From Flectonema sp. DT1601 (Eukaryota): a stretch of DNA of 64,000 bases. The position numbers and the translations under genes are program-made. Shown piece after piece: positions 23,040 through 33,212 of this stretch. The notes below the pieces were generated by a model that was not told the DNA's origin, searched no databases, and was given only the letters and a program-made list of their open reading frames with translations. Position 1 is the first letter of the stretch; each line of letters begins with the position of its first letter. The stretch lies in the NCBI GenBank assembly GCA_964019425.1, contig OZ025799.1, positions 682,001 through 746,000 on the forward strand. Direction: 5' to 3'.

Positions 23040-24518
23040 TCAAAACTCATTAAAATCACTGTGAGCTTTGTACGACTGACCTTTATGAGACTCTAAAGAG
23101 TGTCTCATCACTTCGTGGTCAGGAAACACTCTGTTCTTTTCACGAACTCTATCAGAGTGGACAATCGTTTTTAGTTCTGATCGAAGCTTGTCGAGGGAAC
23201 TGATCACTGCAGAGTACAGATCATCATCCGCATGAATCCCCTTATGTAATAAAGTTGTTAATAAAGCAACGCTATGAAGTGCATCCGTCTTATAAGAACT
23301 ACAAACTGTTGCTGGAGATGATTGGGTGGACTTACGACGATATAAAAATATGACCAGACACAAACACAATTGAACAGATGCTAAGATTCCACAAACTACA
23401 AAAACAACGTCGTTGTCGTTGTATTTTACTGGTGAGTAGGTCGACGTAAGATCTCCAAAGAATCGCTGTACTAATGTGTCTACTCCTCCTTCAAATCCAA
23501 CAGTGTTCCCTTCATCCCTCCATTCGATTATCGCTGGATTGAATAAGTCACGAAGTGGTGAATTCTTTTGATAAGCAAACCCTACTCCATATGGTCTGAC
23601 TCTTATTGGATGAATATAAAAGTTACTGTTGTCAATTTCTTTATTATCTTGTAGTATAAGTGTTGGAATGTCCGATATTATTGCTTTTATTGTTCCACTT
23701 TTCAACATCTCCCAAACACCTGATGTTGCAACCCTGGCGCCAATGTCTTCTCCGTATTGAATTGAGCGTTTTCCGATACAACCGACAGATTTACCAGAGA
23801 GATCTGATGGTTGTTTTATTATAGTCATTGAATTGTTAATCTCACTGACCATTGAAGCCGTGCACATACACATCACAAGTATTCCACTAAGACACGCAAT
23901 GTATGATGTAAAGTAAAATGCAGCATTTCCTATTATAGATTTCGTTGCTATGGGGCTGTGTTGGATTTCATCAGTAGTCATTAGTAAGACTGATCGTGCT
24001 GCGAACCACATGGATGATGATAGAGAATCAGTTACCTTAAATATGAAGTGGCAGATGTATCCAAATGAAAGAACAATAACAGAAATCAGAGATAAGTATT
24101 TCAAGAATACTTTAAGTAAAACGGTTAGTTCTGATGTTGTTGATGGAGGTTGTTGTACCATAAATCCCAGAGCTGTTTCGAATATTGGAGTTGACAGTTC
24201 GAGTCCGTCTCTGTTATCTTTTGTTATGGCTGTACATCCTAATAAGATATCGAAAAGTAGGTGTCGGGTTGCATTGACGGCTTCACTTTCACTCATCCAA
24301 ACGATGTCTTCCACAACCCACTCCTCTCCCCTGAGTAGCCGACCTTGTAGTAGTCTCCAGACTTCCATAGAATAACCACCATGTCTGGGGCTACTATAAC
24401 CTGGGCACTCATATGCAACAATCTTTACAGATCTCTGCGGTGGTATAGCTAGTTGAGGAAGTGGTGCTGCCATCCCAACTGCCAACAGTCCGAACAACAA
24501 CAATACCCCCGCAGGCAT
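23040..24518 (-). CDS. Ionotropic glutamate receptor-like channel (S1-M1-pore-M3-S2-M4, no N-terminal domain)
   Basis: Signal peptide, S1 (GYSMEVW, DILLGCTAITKDN, STPIFETALGFMV), TM-pore-TM, S2 (PSDLSGKSVG, YGVGFAYQKNSPLRDLFN) and a final TM. Confidence 0.8.
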   Translation of the reverse strand: MPAGVLLLFGLLAVGMAAPLPQLAIPPQRSVKIVAYECPGYSSPRHGGYSMEVWRLLQGRLLRGEEWVVEDIVWMSESEAVNATRHLLFDILLGCTAITKDNRDGLELSTPIFETALGFMVQQPPSTTSELTVLLKVFLKYLSLISVIVLSFGYICHFIFKVTDSLSSSMWFAARSVLLMTTDEIQHSPIATKSIIGNAAFYFTSYIACLSGILVMCMCTASMVSEINNSMTIIKQPSDLSGKSVGCIGKRSIQYGEDIGARVATSGVWEMLKSGTIKAIISDIPTLILQDNKEIDNSNFYIHPIRVRPYGVGFAYQKNSPLRDLFNPAIIEWRDEGNTVGFEGGVDTLVQRFFGDLTSTYSPVKYNDNDVVFVVCGILASVQLCLCLVIFLYRRKSTQSSPATVCSSYKTDALHSVALLTTLLHKGIHADDDLYSAVISSLDKLRSELKTIVHSDRVREKNRVFPDHEVMRHSLESHKGQSYKAHSDFNEF

Positions 24519-25229
24519 TTCGGACTGCGGGTGTGTTTCCCAACTTTTTTTTTTAAGATAAAAAAAATAAAAAGTAATTCTTTAAAATTATCATCCCGAA
24601 GGGAATCGAAAACAAACACATCACCATAGCAGTCATATTCCTGTGTTTTTATAATTACCGTAATTTACAAGTTTCCTGTCCTTCTCCTTCGAGAGAGGCT
24701 TTGAACAAAAGTACGACCACAGAAGACTAACGTTATATATAAAGCTGCTTTTAGTTGAGGAAGTGGGTGGGAGGGAATTGGTATTGGCTGAACAGGTTTT
24801 TCTTTTTTCTTTTTCTTTTTTTTTCCCCCTTGGAAAAAACTGGGAAAAAAAAAGTGTAAGAGAAGAAATGCAATTCTCGAAATTGAATTTAATTACAGCG
24901 GTCGGGAGAGAGCTAAAAACAGTTAAGGCAGCATGCACGCTGAATTGCCCAGAGAATGAGACTCTTTCAGGGGAACTGCTCAACAAGCCAGAACAAAATA
25001 TGGAAAACTAAACTGAAAAAGACAAAATACGCTTGTGCTTCTCGCATTTGCTAACTAAGAGGGAAAAAAAAAAGAAAGAAAAAAAAAAAGGTTTTTTACT
25101 TGAGAATACGTCGTTTTATAACCAATCAGGTCATTTCATGTTGTTGATACGACATTCGTCAGGTTGAGCGCGTTAGTCGTTGGAATCAATGTCCACTAAT
25201 AAAGGGGCTACAGAGTGCCACGAACATCA

Positions 25230-25784
25230 TCAAACTGGCAGACCGTGTTTAGTGAGAAGTGTTTTGAGCTTTGCGTGAGAGTCGTTTATTTCATCATCAT
25301 CTTTGTATTGTTGTTTTACAGCATCCATGTCTTGAATAGTTGTGATATTGTATTTCTGTCCCACTTGCATTGCTTCACCCATAAATATTAACATTAGCAT
25401 GGGGTCTTCACTCGTGTGTAGCGGTAGCTTCTTTTCTTGTCTTTCTTTGGCAACCTGTTCAAGACGGGTTCTGCATTCTTCCATGCAGTTTAGTAACTCT
25501 TCTCTTGTTGGCAATACTCGTTTTTCTTCTTTATCATCACCTTCGGAGCTTATGGTACTGGTAGCTAATCTGGGAGGAGGAGGAGGCGAGTCTATTTGGT
25601 TGGTTGCCGCAGCAATTTCCTGTTTGTTTTCATTTGCTGCACTTGCTGCAGTTTTCGTTCCGTCTACTGCTACTACCTCCTTCTTCTCTTCCGGCTTGGA
25701 GTCTGTCTTTGACTGCTTCGGTGCAGTTTCTCTTACAACCTCGTCGCTCTCCTTTGCTTTGTTTTTGCTTGCTCCACAGCCCAT
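25230..25784 (-). CDS. Small protein with an MGCGAS dual-acylation motif
   Basis: 184 aa. MGCGASK is a typical N-myristoylation/palmitoylation signal. Confidence 0.8.
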   Translation of the reverse strand: MGCGASKNKAKESDEVVRETAPKQSKTDSKPEEKKEVVAVDGTKTAASAANENKQEIAAATNQIDSPPPPPRLATSTISSEGDDKEEKRVLPTREELLNCMEECRTRLEQVAKERQEKKLPLHTSEDPMLMLIFMGEAMQVGQKYNITTIQDMDAVKQQYKDDDEINDSHAKLKTLLTKHGLPV

Positions 25785-26418
25785 CTTGTTTACCTTTGGG
25801 AAAGGAGTTACTTTATGTTTCGGGAAGAAATAATATTGCAGGACGTACTCGCTAATGACATTGTGGAAAAAAAAAAAAAACTAAATTTATTTAATTTCAA
25901 CTAACGTCTGTAAAGCAATGTGAATCAACAAACCAAAACTAACCTGACATAAAATATGAATTTTATTTTTATTTAATTCTAATCAGACAACAATGTCTTT
26001 CACAAATCTTTTAAACAGAAACATTCACTCGTTCACTTGTTTCTTAGCTTTGATTAAATAAGTAATTCAAGTCTTACTTATAATCAATCCTGACGAGACT
26101 ATTCGAGATAAAAAGAACAAAAAAAAAAAAAAAAATCATCGAATGTAGTCGTCACCTACGAGGGGTAAAAAAAACAAACAAACAAAAACAAACTAATTTT
26201 TTTATAACTTACTTTTCTAAATTGTGTTTTACTTTTGTAAGCGACTGATGCCGATTCATTTACGTGTTTATTATTAAAAAAAAATTACATAAAAAGAATC
26301 TAAAATCATTACCGCTCCACATAAACTGACTCCAGTACGAAAATAGTACATAATTATGAGTAATCGTAAGCTGGTAAGAGCTTTTTATTGTGCCGGTCGT
26401 ACACTCCAATTTCAAAAA

Positions 26419-26545
26419 CCATTCAGATAAGCCTTATATTTTGTTGATCGCAGCTAGTTTTACTGGCGCACAGGGAAATAGATAACATGACATAATAAAT
26501 AACGGCTCTTAATCTGAATAGTTTCTTCTCCGACTTCGTCGGTGC
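26419..26545 (+). repeat. Dispersed element, family B, copy 2
   Basis: Matches 14324-14466 and ends CCGAC-TTC-GTCGGTGC followed by a long A-run. Confidence 0.75.
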
Positions 26546-27564
26546 AAAAAAAAAAAAAAAAAAGAACAGAATCAGAATAATGCAAGAACATAAATCCATT
26601 TAGAATGAATGTCTAATCAAAAAATCAGAAGAATAAAAAAACAGGTCCACAACTATTGCCTTGAGGACCCGATCCGTAGCCACAGATGGCATTCAGGACG
26701 GATAATGATCATGATTACACCTACCTATCAAGGTAGGGTGTACTTATACTCTAACCACATCCTCCAATAACTGAAAATAATTAAACGAGACTGAAAAAAT
26801 GGAAACTCAACAATTATTAAACAAAAAAAAAAAAAAAAATCATGAAAAGAAAGGCTTAATGAAATACAAGTAACGCTCTGGTGGCAGATCACAACTCACA
26901 TGCTGAAGAGATTTTTAATACTATAAAGTTTGAGTGTGTCACTCAGAATGTCGTGTAACACCACTTCAGTAAGTTAGTTGCAAGATAGTTCAATGAAATA
27001 GGTCTGCAGACAGTAGATTCTCATGTTCTGAGCCGCTTCGGCTCAGGACATAAATGAAGAGAAAGGAAGAAGGGTGATTAATAGAATTTCATGTGCAGCA
27101 TTGATTTCACAAGAGAAAAATGCGAACACCCTTCACAACGATTGACAATAAGAAATGAAAAAAAAAAAAAAAAACGAACAGCCATAAAACTGAGCGTTTA
27201 AAAAGTATTATCTCAATCTCAACCAATCAATCAGGTAAGTTGCACTACAATACAATAAAACATTCCTCCACCAGACACATGGGGAGTTAGTCTTACTAAT
27301 CAGGAAAGTGGGGAAGTTAAGAGACGTAATTTGTACCTAATTATAGCCTCTTTTTTAATGAATTAAATTACAAAAAAACATCCCACAATAATAACAAAAC
27401 GAAGAACAGAACATAATTACGTACAATTTTTTTTTTTTTTTTTTTTTTTCCTTTTTACGCAAAAAGAAAGTTATTTAATGTTTTAAAAGAAGAAAACAGC
27501 AACACAAGTAAAGATCAACGTAGATATACAACTTTTTTCAGTCGGTTAAGGAGAGGGCGCTGTC

Positions 27565-30231
27565 TCAACTTATAGGAAGATCTGATACAGCTTTGAACTG
27601 ATCTTGTTTCAAAGTAGAATACAAACTGAATATCGCGGTATCCATCACAATCCCTTCAGAGTTTCCAACATCAGGATGATGATTAGAATAATATTCATCA
27701 CTGACTGCATAGTCATATTGCCATTCATCACGAATCTCATTATTTTGATTAAACACTGCATAGATAGGCGCAGCAGAACCTGATGGCGGTGCCACTACTT
27801 CTGCAGGTGTTGGTAGACTCACCGAACTATCAAGTGCCGTGTTATTTGCAATAGATTCCAAACTGCTTATGATTTGAGGTAGTTGTAGACGGTGTTGACT
27901 AGGTACCCAACAATTACTAATAACTTGATCCCATACCACTGACCCTATCGATGATAAAGTTGGTTTTGCTGGAAGATTACCAGCAAGAATTGAGTCTTGA
28001 ACTCTCTTCAATCTCTCACTACCTTTATCACGAACTTTATCTAAAACAGGAATACTAATACTAAAAGGTTGTGTTCCTCCCGTTAAAATTTCGTAAAGAA
28101 GACATCCAAAAGACCAACTGTCGTGTAAAGGACAGGCATATTTTTCTTGACGAAGTGCTTCTGGAGGACACCACGCAACTGGGATAGGCTTAACAATTTT
28201 AGCACCCTCTGGTGTAATTAGACCCATGTCTGCAAGCTTTAACTGACTAACAGAGTCAACTAAAATATTCCTTGCAGCTACATCCATATGAACCCATTTC
28301 CTGTCGTGGATGTATGCTAAGGCGCGTGCAATTGCAACACACTTTAAAGCGATTACGTCTCGGATTTGAGGAGTTGAGTCTTTCAGTATTTGAGACAACG
28401 AACCCTTAGAACAATATTCTGTTATCATATAAAGTGAATTATCGTGACGAGTCCAACCATAGTACATTAATATGTCTCTTTGACGAAGGGAGCAGAGGGT
28501 GTTAATCTCAGTCATTAGATCACCAATCTTCTTCTTACTCTCTTTCATAGCAACTGTTTCATGTGTAACTCTGTAAACTGCCTTGAATACAAATCCACTA
28601 TTTCCTTGTCCAATCAGTATTGTGTTACAAAGTTCACTCCATGGGATTTTGTAGCCGTCTGGTTGGCACAAGCTTTCGACGTCTTCAGCATCACCAAGTT
28701 CTATCGCGATCAGAGGGTCGGAATTATTTATCTGCCTGACTTTCCTTCTGTGACGAAAGTAAAAGAAGCAACACAAACAGAATAGACATAATGATGATAC
28801 AGATATTAGCACTATCACAATCACCGTTTTGAACTCATTCGAAGATGACAAAACGGGAGCATCAGATGCCGCCACAGGAACAGACGTTGGTGACGATGTT
28901 TGTTTAACAGGTGTATCAGTCTGTGGTGTCATAGAAGACCCCGCAGTAGGTGCAATCGACGAATTATCAACAGTTGATGGTTTCGCAGTGTCTGGTACAG
29001 CAGGTGGAATCGTTGTACTTGGGACTGCTGTTCCTACAGCTGGTGTTGCTGTCGTCACAGCTGGTGTTGCTGTCGTCACAGCTGGTGTTGCTGTCCCCAC
29101 AGTTGGGGTTGCTGTCTCAGGTGGAATTGGGGTTGGCATCGCTGTCACCGCAGTTGGGATTACCGTTGCCGCGGGCTGATCAGTAGGTGCTAACGATGGT
29201 AGTAACGTACTCGGAATAGCAGTTGTTGGAGGCTCACCAAGTAGTTCGAAAACATATAGTACTTTATCGCTCACTACAAATGTATGATATCCATGCTGAA
29301 CCATCAAAATATTAATATTTGAGGTAATACTTGTAAGTTCAGTTTTTAGTTTTGTGCTAGTAGTTATTAATTCAGAGAGTATTAGTTTCCCAGGAACAGA
29401 AACATCCACAAGGATGAAATTCATCTCTTTTAAATCTAATCCTAATACGAATGACTCGTTAACAACTACGAACTTAATTATCGTGTAGTTTGATAACCTA
29501 AAAGCAACATCTGGGCTCGAATAATTCGTCGTATTGACTAACCACAGACCTTGATTACCATTAGCGCATAATAGCATGTTACCTGGGAGCATGTGCATCA
29601 TGCCTGCTGCAGCAGGATGTCCCGGATCTGTTAGCTTGACTTTAGCAATTTCTAAAAAGTCTATCATCGAAATAATAACAATTCCGTTATTCCTATCTCC
29701 GACAAACACTAAATCACGAGGCTCATCCAGCAGACTGAACTGACTGCTAACTAAGTCAACTTCAAGCTTACGAGTAACTGCAGGCAGATCGTACGCTAAA
29801 AGTCCAAAAGAACCACAACTAAGATATGCCGTCGTAGCTGCAGAGTTTAGAGTAATGTGTTTACATGAAATAGTTTTTCCCATTAAATTCTTAAGGTTGT
29901 AAGCTACCACAGAAGTGTTATTCCCACAACAGGAAGTAGTTATCTCCATGATTCCACCGTTCCCGACTTGGTAGAGAGTGTCATCTCTTGCTGTTATCCC
30001 AAACAAGTTTCTGGTCGCACTGAGTGTGTCATTCTCTATTATAACGTTTTTAGGATCCTCAATGTTTAATAACACTTCCCCCCTCATGTGAATAATTACC
30101 AATCTGTCATTACTAAACTTTGTCACAGCCCTTGCGTTTTGAGTTCCAAATTTCAGACTTCGAATAGGCTGTTCTTGTCGTGAAGTGCCCGGTATTACAA
30201 ATAATCCAAGCACAAGCAGCCATATTAACAT
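27565..30231 (-). CDS. Single-pass receptor kinase: LVIVD-like beta-propeller ectodomain, Pro/Thr stalk, TM, tyrosine-kinase-like domain
   Basis: Signal peptide. Repeats AYLSCGSFGLLAYDL, VFVGDRNNGIVII and LLCANGNQGLWLVN. TM VIVIVLISVSSLCLFCLCCFFYF-RHRRK. Kinase motifs GQGNSG, VAMK, HMDVAARN, DMG, PVAWCPPE and DSWSFG. Confidence 0.88.
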   Translation of the reverse strand: MLIWLLVLGLFVIPGTSRQEQPIRSLKFGTQNARAVTKFSNDRLVIIHMRGEVLLNIEDPKNVIIENDTLSATRNLFGITARDDTLYQVGNGGIMEITTSCCGNNTSVVAYNLKNLMGKTISCKHITLNSAATTAYLSCGSFGLLAYDLPAVTRKLEVDLVSSQFSLLDEPRDLVFVGDRNNGIVIISMIDFLEIAKVKLTDPGHPAAAGMMHMLPGNMLLCANGNQGLWLVNTTNYSSPDVAFRLSNYTIIKFVVVNESFVLGLDLKEMNFILVDVSVPGKLILSELITTSTKLKTELTSITSNINILMVQHGYHTFVVSDKVLYVFELLGEPPTTAIPSTLLPSLAPTDQPAATVIPTAVTAMPTPIPPETATPTVGTATPAVTTATPAVTTATPAVGTAVPSTTIPPAVPDTAKPSTVDNSSIAPTAGSSMTPQTDTPVKQTSSPTSVPVAASDAPVLSSSNEFKTVIVIVLISVSSLCLFCLCCFFYFRHRRKVRQINNSDPLIAIELGDAEDVESLCQPDGYKIPWSELCNTILIGQGNSGFVFKAVYRVTHETVAMKESKKKIGDLMTEINTLCSLRQRDILMYYGWTRHDNSLYMITEYCSKGSLSQILKDSTPQIRDVIALKCVAIARALAYIHDRKWVHMDVAARNILVDSVSQLKLADMGLITPEGAKIVKPIPVAWCPPEALRQEKYACPLHDSWSFGCLLYEILTGGTQPFSISIPVLDKVRDKGSERLKRVQDSILAGNLPAKPTLSSIGSVVWDQVISNCWVPSQHRLQLPQIISSLESIANNTALDSSVSLPTPAEVVAPPSGSAAPIYAVFNQNNEIRDEWQYDYAVSDEYYSNHHPDVGNSEGIVMDTAIFSLYSTLKQDQFKAVSDLPIS
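29020..29120. repeat. 21-bp coding minisatellite (TATPAVT-like units) in the kinase stalk
   Basis: GCTGGTGTTGCTGTCGTCACA repeated with variants. Confidence 0.8.
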
Positions 30232-30482
30232 CTCACTGACTTGTTTAAAAATAAAATTTAAAAAGCGACTGAAAGCGTTATTTCAAGTCAAACTAGGCTA
30301 CTGTCCTGCAACATATTTAACTGGTTGAATATAAAAGAAAGTTATCGTTGTACAATACTGTTTATTACAATTAGATTATCCGAGACTATAACTCCTCAGG
30401 AAATCATTTGATTCAAATAGTTTAAACGTCAAAGTGATACGGGACTGGATTTACGATCAAAGTGAGTAACAAAACAGTTGAT

Positions 30483-31157
30483 TTACTTTCCCTTCTTGAC
30501 ACCGGTTCCGTCAGCCTTCTCCTTGTCGGCCTTGTCCTTTCTGACCTTACGTGCAAGTCTGATTCCGATGAATTTGGTGTTACGGTTCTGGGCACGGAGG
30601 TAGTTGTAGATGTGACGGCTCTTCTCGTCAGCGGTCAACTCACGTGGAGCCTCAGCAGTTGATACAACAGTTGGGGCAGGGAAGGTGTTCTGCTGAACGG
30701 AAGCGATCTTTGAGGCGTCTGGCTTGACGGTGGTGATCGATGACTTCTTTCCTCCGGCGAGTGGGTAAAGAACCAACTTACTGATGTACTCCTTCAATCT
30801 GTTGCTGTTAACAGTCAAGGACTCCTCGCTGTGGTTCTTTCTTCTCTGGTCAACAGCGACTCCAACGGTTCTGGCGAACTTTGGGGAAACACCAGCGGCC
30901 TTGCACTCGTCAAGAGTGAATCCCTTTCCTGATCTAACCTTCATGTTGAACCTCTGGGTGCAGCACTGAACCTGCGGTCTGAGGGCCTGAACTGGACGTG
31001 GGAAGACGGCCTTGGCCTTGGCAGCTCTCCTCACTCTTCTGGCCTTCTTCTGCTTCGCCTGCTGGAAGAAGGTCTTGATGTGACCCTTCTGACTGGACTC
31101 TGGGTTCCAGTGCTTGTGGAAGTGGTTACGTGGGATGGCATTGTTGTGCTTTGGCAT
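30483..31157 (-). CDS. RPL13: 60S ribosomal protein L13 (eL13)
   Basis: MPKHNNAIPRNHFHKHW, FPRP..LRPQVQC, GKGFTLDECKAAG and GVAVDQRRKN. Biased, GC-richer codon usage. Confidence 0.97.
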   Translation of the reverse strand: MPKHNNAIPRNHFHKHWNPESSQKGHIKTFFQQAKQKKARRVRRAAKAKAVFPRPVQALRPQVQCCTQRFNMKVRSGKGFTLDECKAAGVSPKFARTVGVAVDQRRKNHSEESLTVNSNRLKEYISKLVLYPLAGGKKSSITTVKPDASKIASVQQNTFPAPTVVSTAEAPRELTADEKSRHIYNYLRAQNRNTKFIGIRLARKVRKDKADKEKADGTGVKKGK

Positions 31158-31809
31158 CTTGGGATACGGGGTTCAAACTATTCCTGAGTGGTGAATGTAA
31201 GTTAAGGAATTTGAGAAATACAAAATAACCTGACTACTAACGAGCACACTACTCTTCTTTGAAGGTGGCACCCTTCGGACTTCCTTGTCGTTGAAACACG
31301 GTGGGGATAAATAAGTTTTTGGACCCAACGTCATACTGCAGCTGTTTATAAAATGAATTATTTTAACGAGGCTACCGATAACTACAAACAAACTGCCACA
31401 AAACTGATGACAGCAGTTAAAAGATACAATGTGACTACTGCTAAAGCCTTATCTAATACAAGGAAATAAATCCAAAAAAAAGGGGTGTTTATGATAAACC
31501 AATAACAGTTATTTTTATTCGATGCATCACTACATCAGAGTGACTTACCAATGCAAACAACAGAAATAGTATTCACAAACAAGGAGTACCGGGGATGAGT
31601 AGGTTGCCAGCCTATTTATAAATTGACACAGTCAGCTAGGGGAGGGTCATGGCCATCCCGTAGCGAGGAAGGAGAACATATTAAATACTAAAATTTGAGG
31701 GAAAACAAAAAAAAAAGGTACACTCGAGTTCATCTTCTAACCTGAAATTAAAAACAATATTTTTTTTCTAACATAAATACAAATACCATAGACAGTGTTA
31801 TTTCATTGT

Positions 31810-32949
31810 TTACTCGTGTCTTCTAATTGGAGAAACAGACCTTCCTTCTTGAGAAAGATCTTTTAAAGCCTTCTGCAGACCAGCCAATGCCGCTCCGATA
31901 CTCCGAGGAGTACGAGATGACATTGTTGGTGTTCGAGGACTTAAAGGATCGCGACGAGGACTTCTTTCCCTTTCTCTTTCAATATGTCTGATAGTGTCAA
32001 GCGTTCTATCTGTTCCTCGATTATCAGAATAAGAAAATGATGAATGCATGCCCTCCTGATGAATACTAGCTGACTGTCTCCTACTCCCAGAAGGTGAGGC
32101 AGAAGGTGGAATTCGAGAACTATAAGCTGCGTGTGTTACTGAAGCAGCAGCAGGAGTAGAGGTTGTTGGAATATTTCTTCGAAGCGAATCGATACTACTT
32201 CTGATTCCAAGAGCATGGCGGGATGAACGAACAGGAGATGATCTTCGAGATGGAGATATTGATCGGCTTCTTTCAGGAGAGTCATTTAAAGGAGGCATTG
32301 TTCCAGATGGTCTCCTTGCAGTTAATGGAGACGTTGGATGAACTGCTGGCATTGACGGTACTGGAGCAATGTCAACATCACCAGGAGGTGATCTCAGTGC
32401 TGGAGTCACAATTAAAACAGATGATGGAAACCACGCCTCTTGTCCTCCGTTAAACCGAACTCTTGCAACACCTGACTCAACCTCTGTGACGGTACCTGCC
32501 TTACCGAGCATTGATTCTTTGCTGTTACGCCAACCAGCTGTTGAAGAGCTGCATCTCTTCATGACAAGGTCTCTATCGTTAAGAACTCTAACTCTGACTC
32601 CAGGTATGACGCCATAATTATTAGCAGTTGATGCATTGCTTGCTGGATGTACTTCACGTTCCCTTTGTGATATTTGATGTGATGTGTGAGAACCAAAAGT
32701 AGCAGACGCTTCCCTATTCAATCCAAACTGTTCTGAACCAACTGATGATCCAGGTGGTGGAGGTGGTGGCAGAAACTTCGATTGCCTAGAATGATGATCA
32801 AACAAATCTTCTTCACGCTCTCGCTCTCTTTCTTGTTGCTGTTGTATGCGACTGACTCCATCTCTCCCTTCCAAAATATTTACTCTCTCAGTCAGCAGTT
32901 TTACCATATGTTCTAAGTCACGAATCCTCTCGGTATCTGAGTGATCCAT
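31810..32949 (-). CDS. Hypothetical protein with an N-terminal coiled coil, one Mind-bomb-type SH3-like repeat and an Arg/Ser/Pro-rich tail
   Basis: First ATG at 32949 (MDHSDTE). Segment GVRVRVLNDRDLV...GWRNSKESMLGKAGTVTEVESGVARVRF...WFPSSVL. Confidence 0.75.
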   Translation of the reverse strand: MDHSDTERIRDLEHMVKLLTERVNILEGRDGVSRIQQQQEREREREEDLFDHHSRQSKFLPPPPPPGSSVGSEQFGLNREASATFGSHTSHQISQREREVHPASNASTANNYGVIPGVRVRVLNDRDLVMKRCSSSTAGWRNSKESMLGKAGTVTEVESGVARVRFNGGQEAWFPSSVLIVTPALRSPPGDVDIAPVPSMPAVHPTSPLTARRPSGTMPPLNDSPERSRSISPSRRSSPVRSSRHALGIRSSIDSLRRNIPTTSTPAAASVTHAAYSSRIPPSASPSGSRRQSASIHQEGMHSSFSYSDNRGTDRTLDTIRHIERERERSPRRDPLSPRTPTMSSRTPRSIGAALAGLQKALKDLSQEGRSVSPIRRHE

Positions 32950-33212
32950 GTTGAGGTTACTGCGTTGTGTTAAAATAAATAATATTATACTCCGCACACT
33001 TGATCAATACCCTTTCTCTATATTCTGTTTAACCTGATTATAAAAAACTGTTATACATCAACAGAACTATAATATCAAACAGTTAGTGTAATTGAAAGAC
33101 GCCGAGTACTTCCGTAATACGGAAGAACAACTCATTCGGTACAAGAATAGAATAATGAGAAGCAGTGAACCCTAAAGTAGGATTTCTTAATAATCAGACC
33201 AAAAGTACAAAA

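Noticed and set aside
26530..26550. GTCGGTGC resembling the 3' end of a Cas9 tracrRNA scaffold
   Set aside because: Only an 8-nt coincidence. No CRISPR array, Cas, TnpB or Fanzor ORF is visible in the window.
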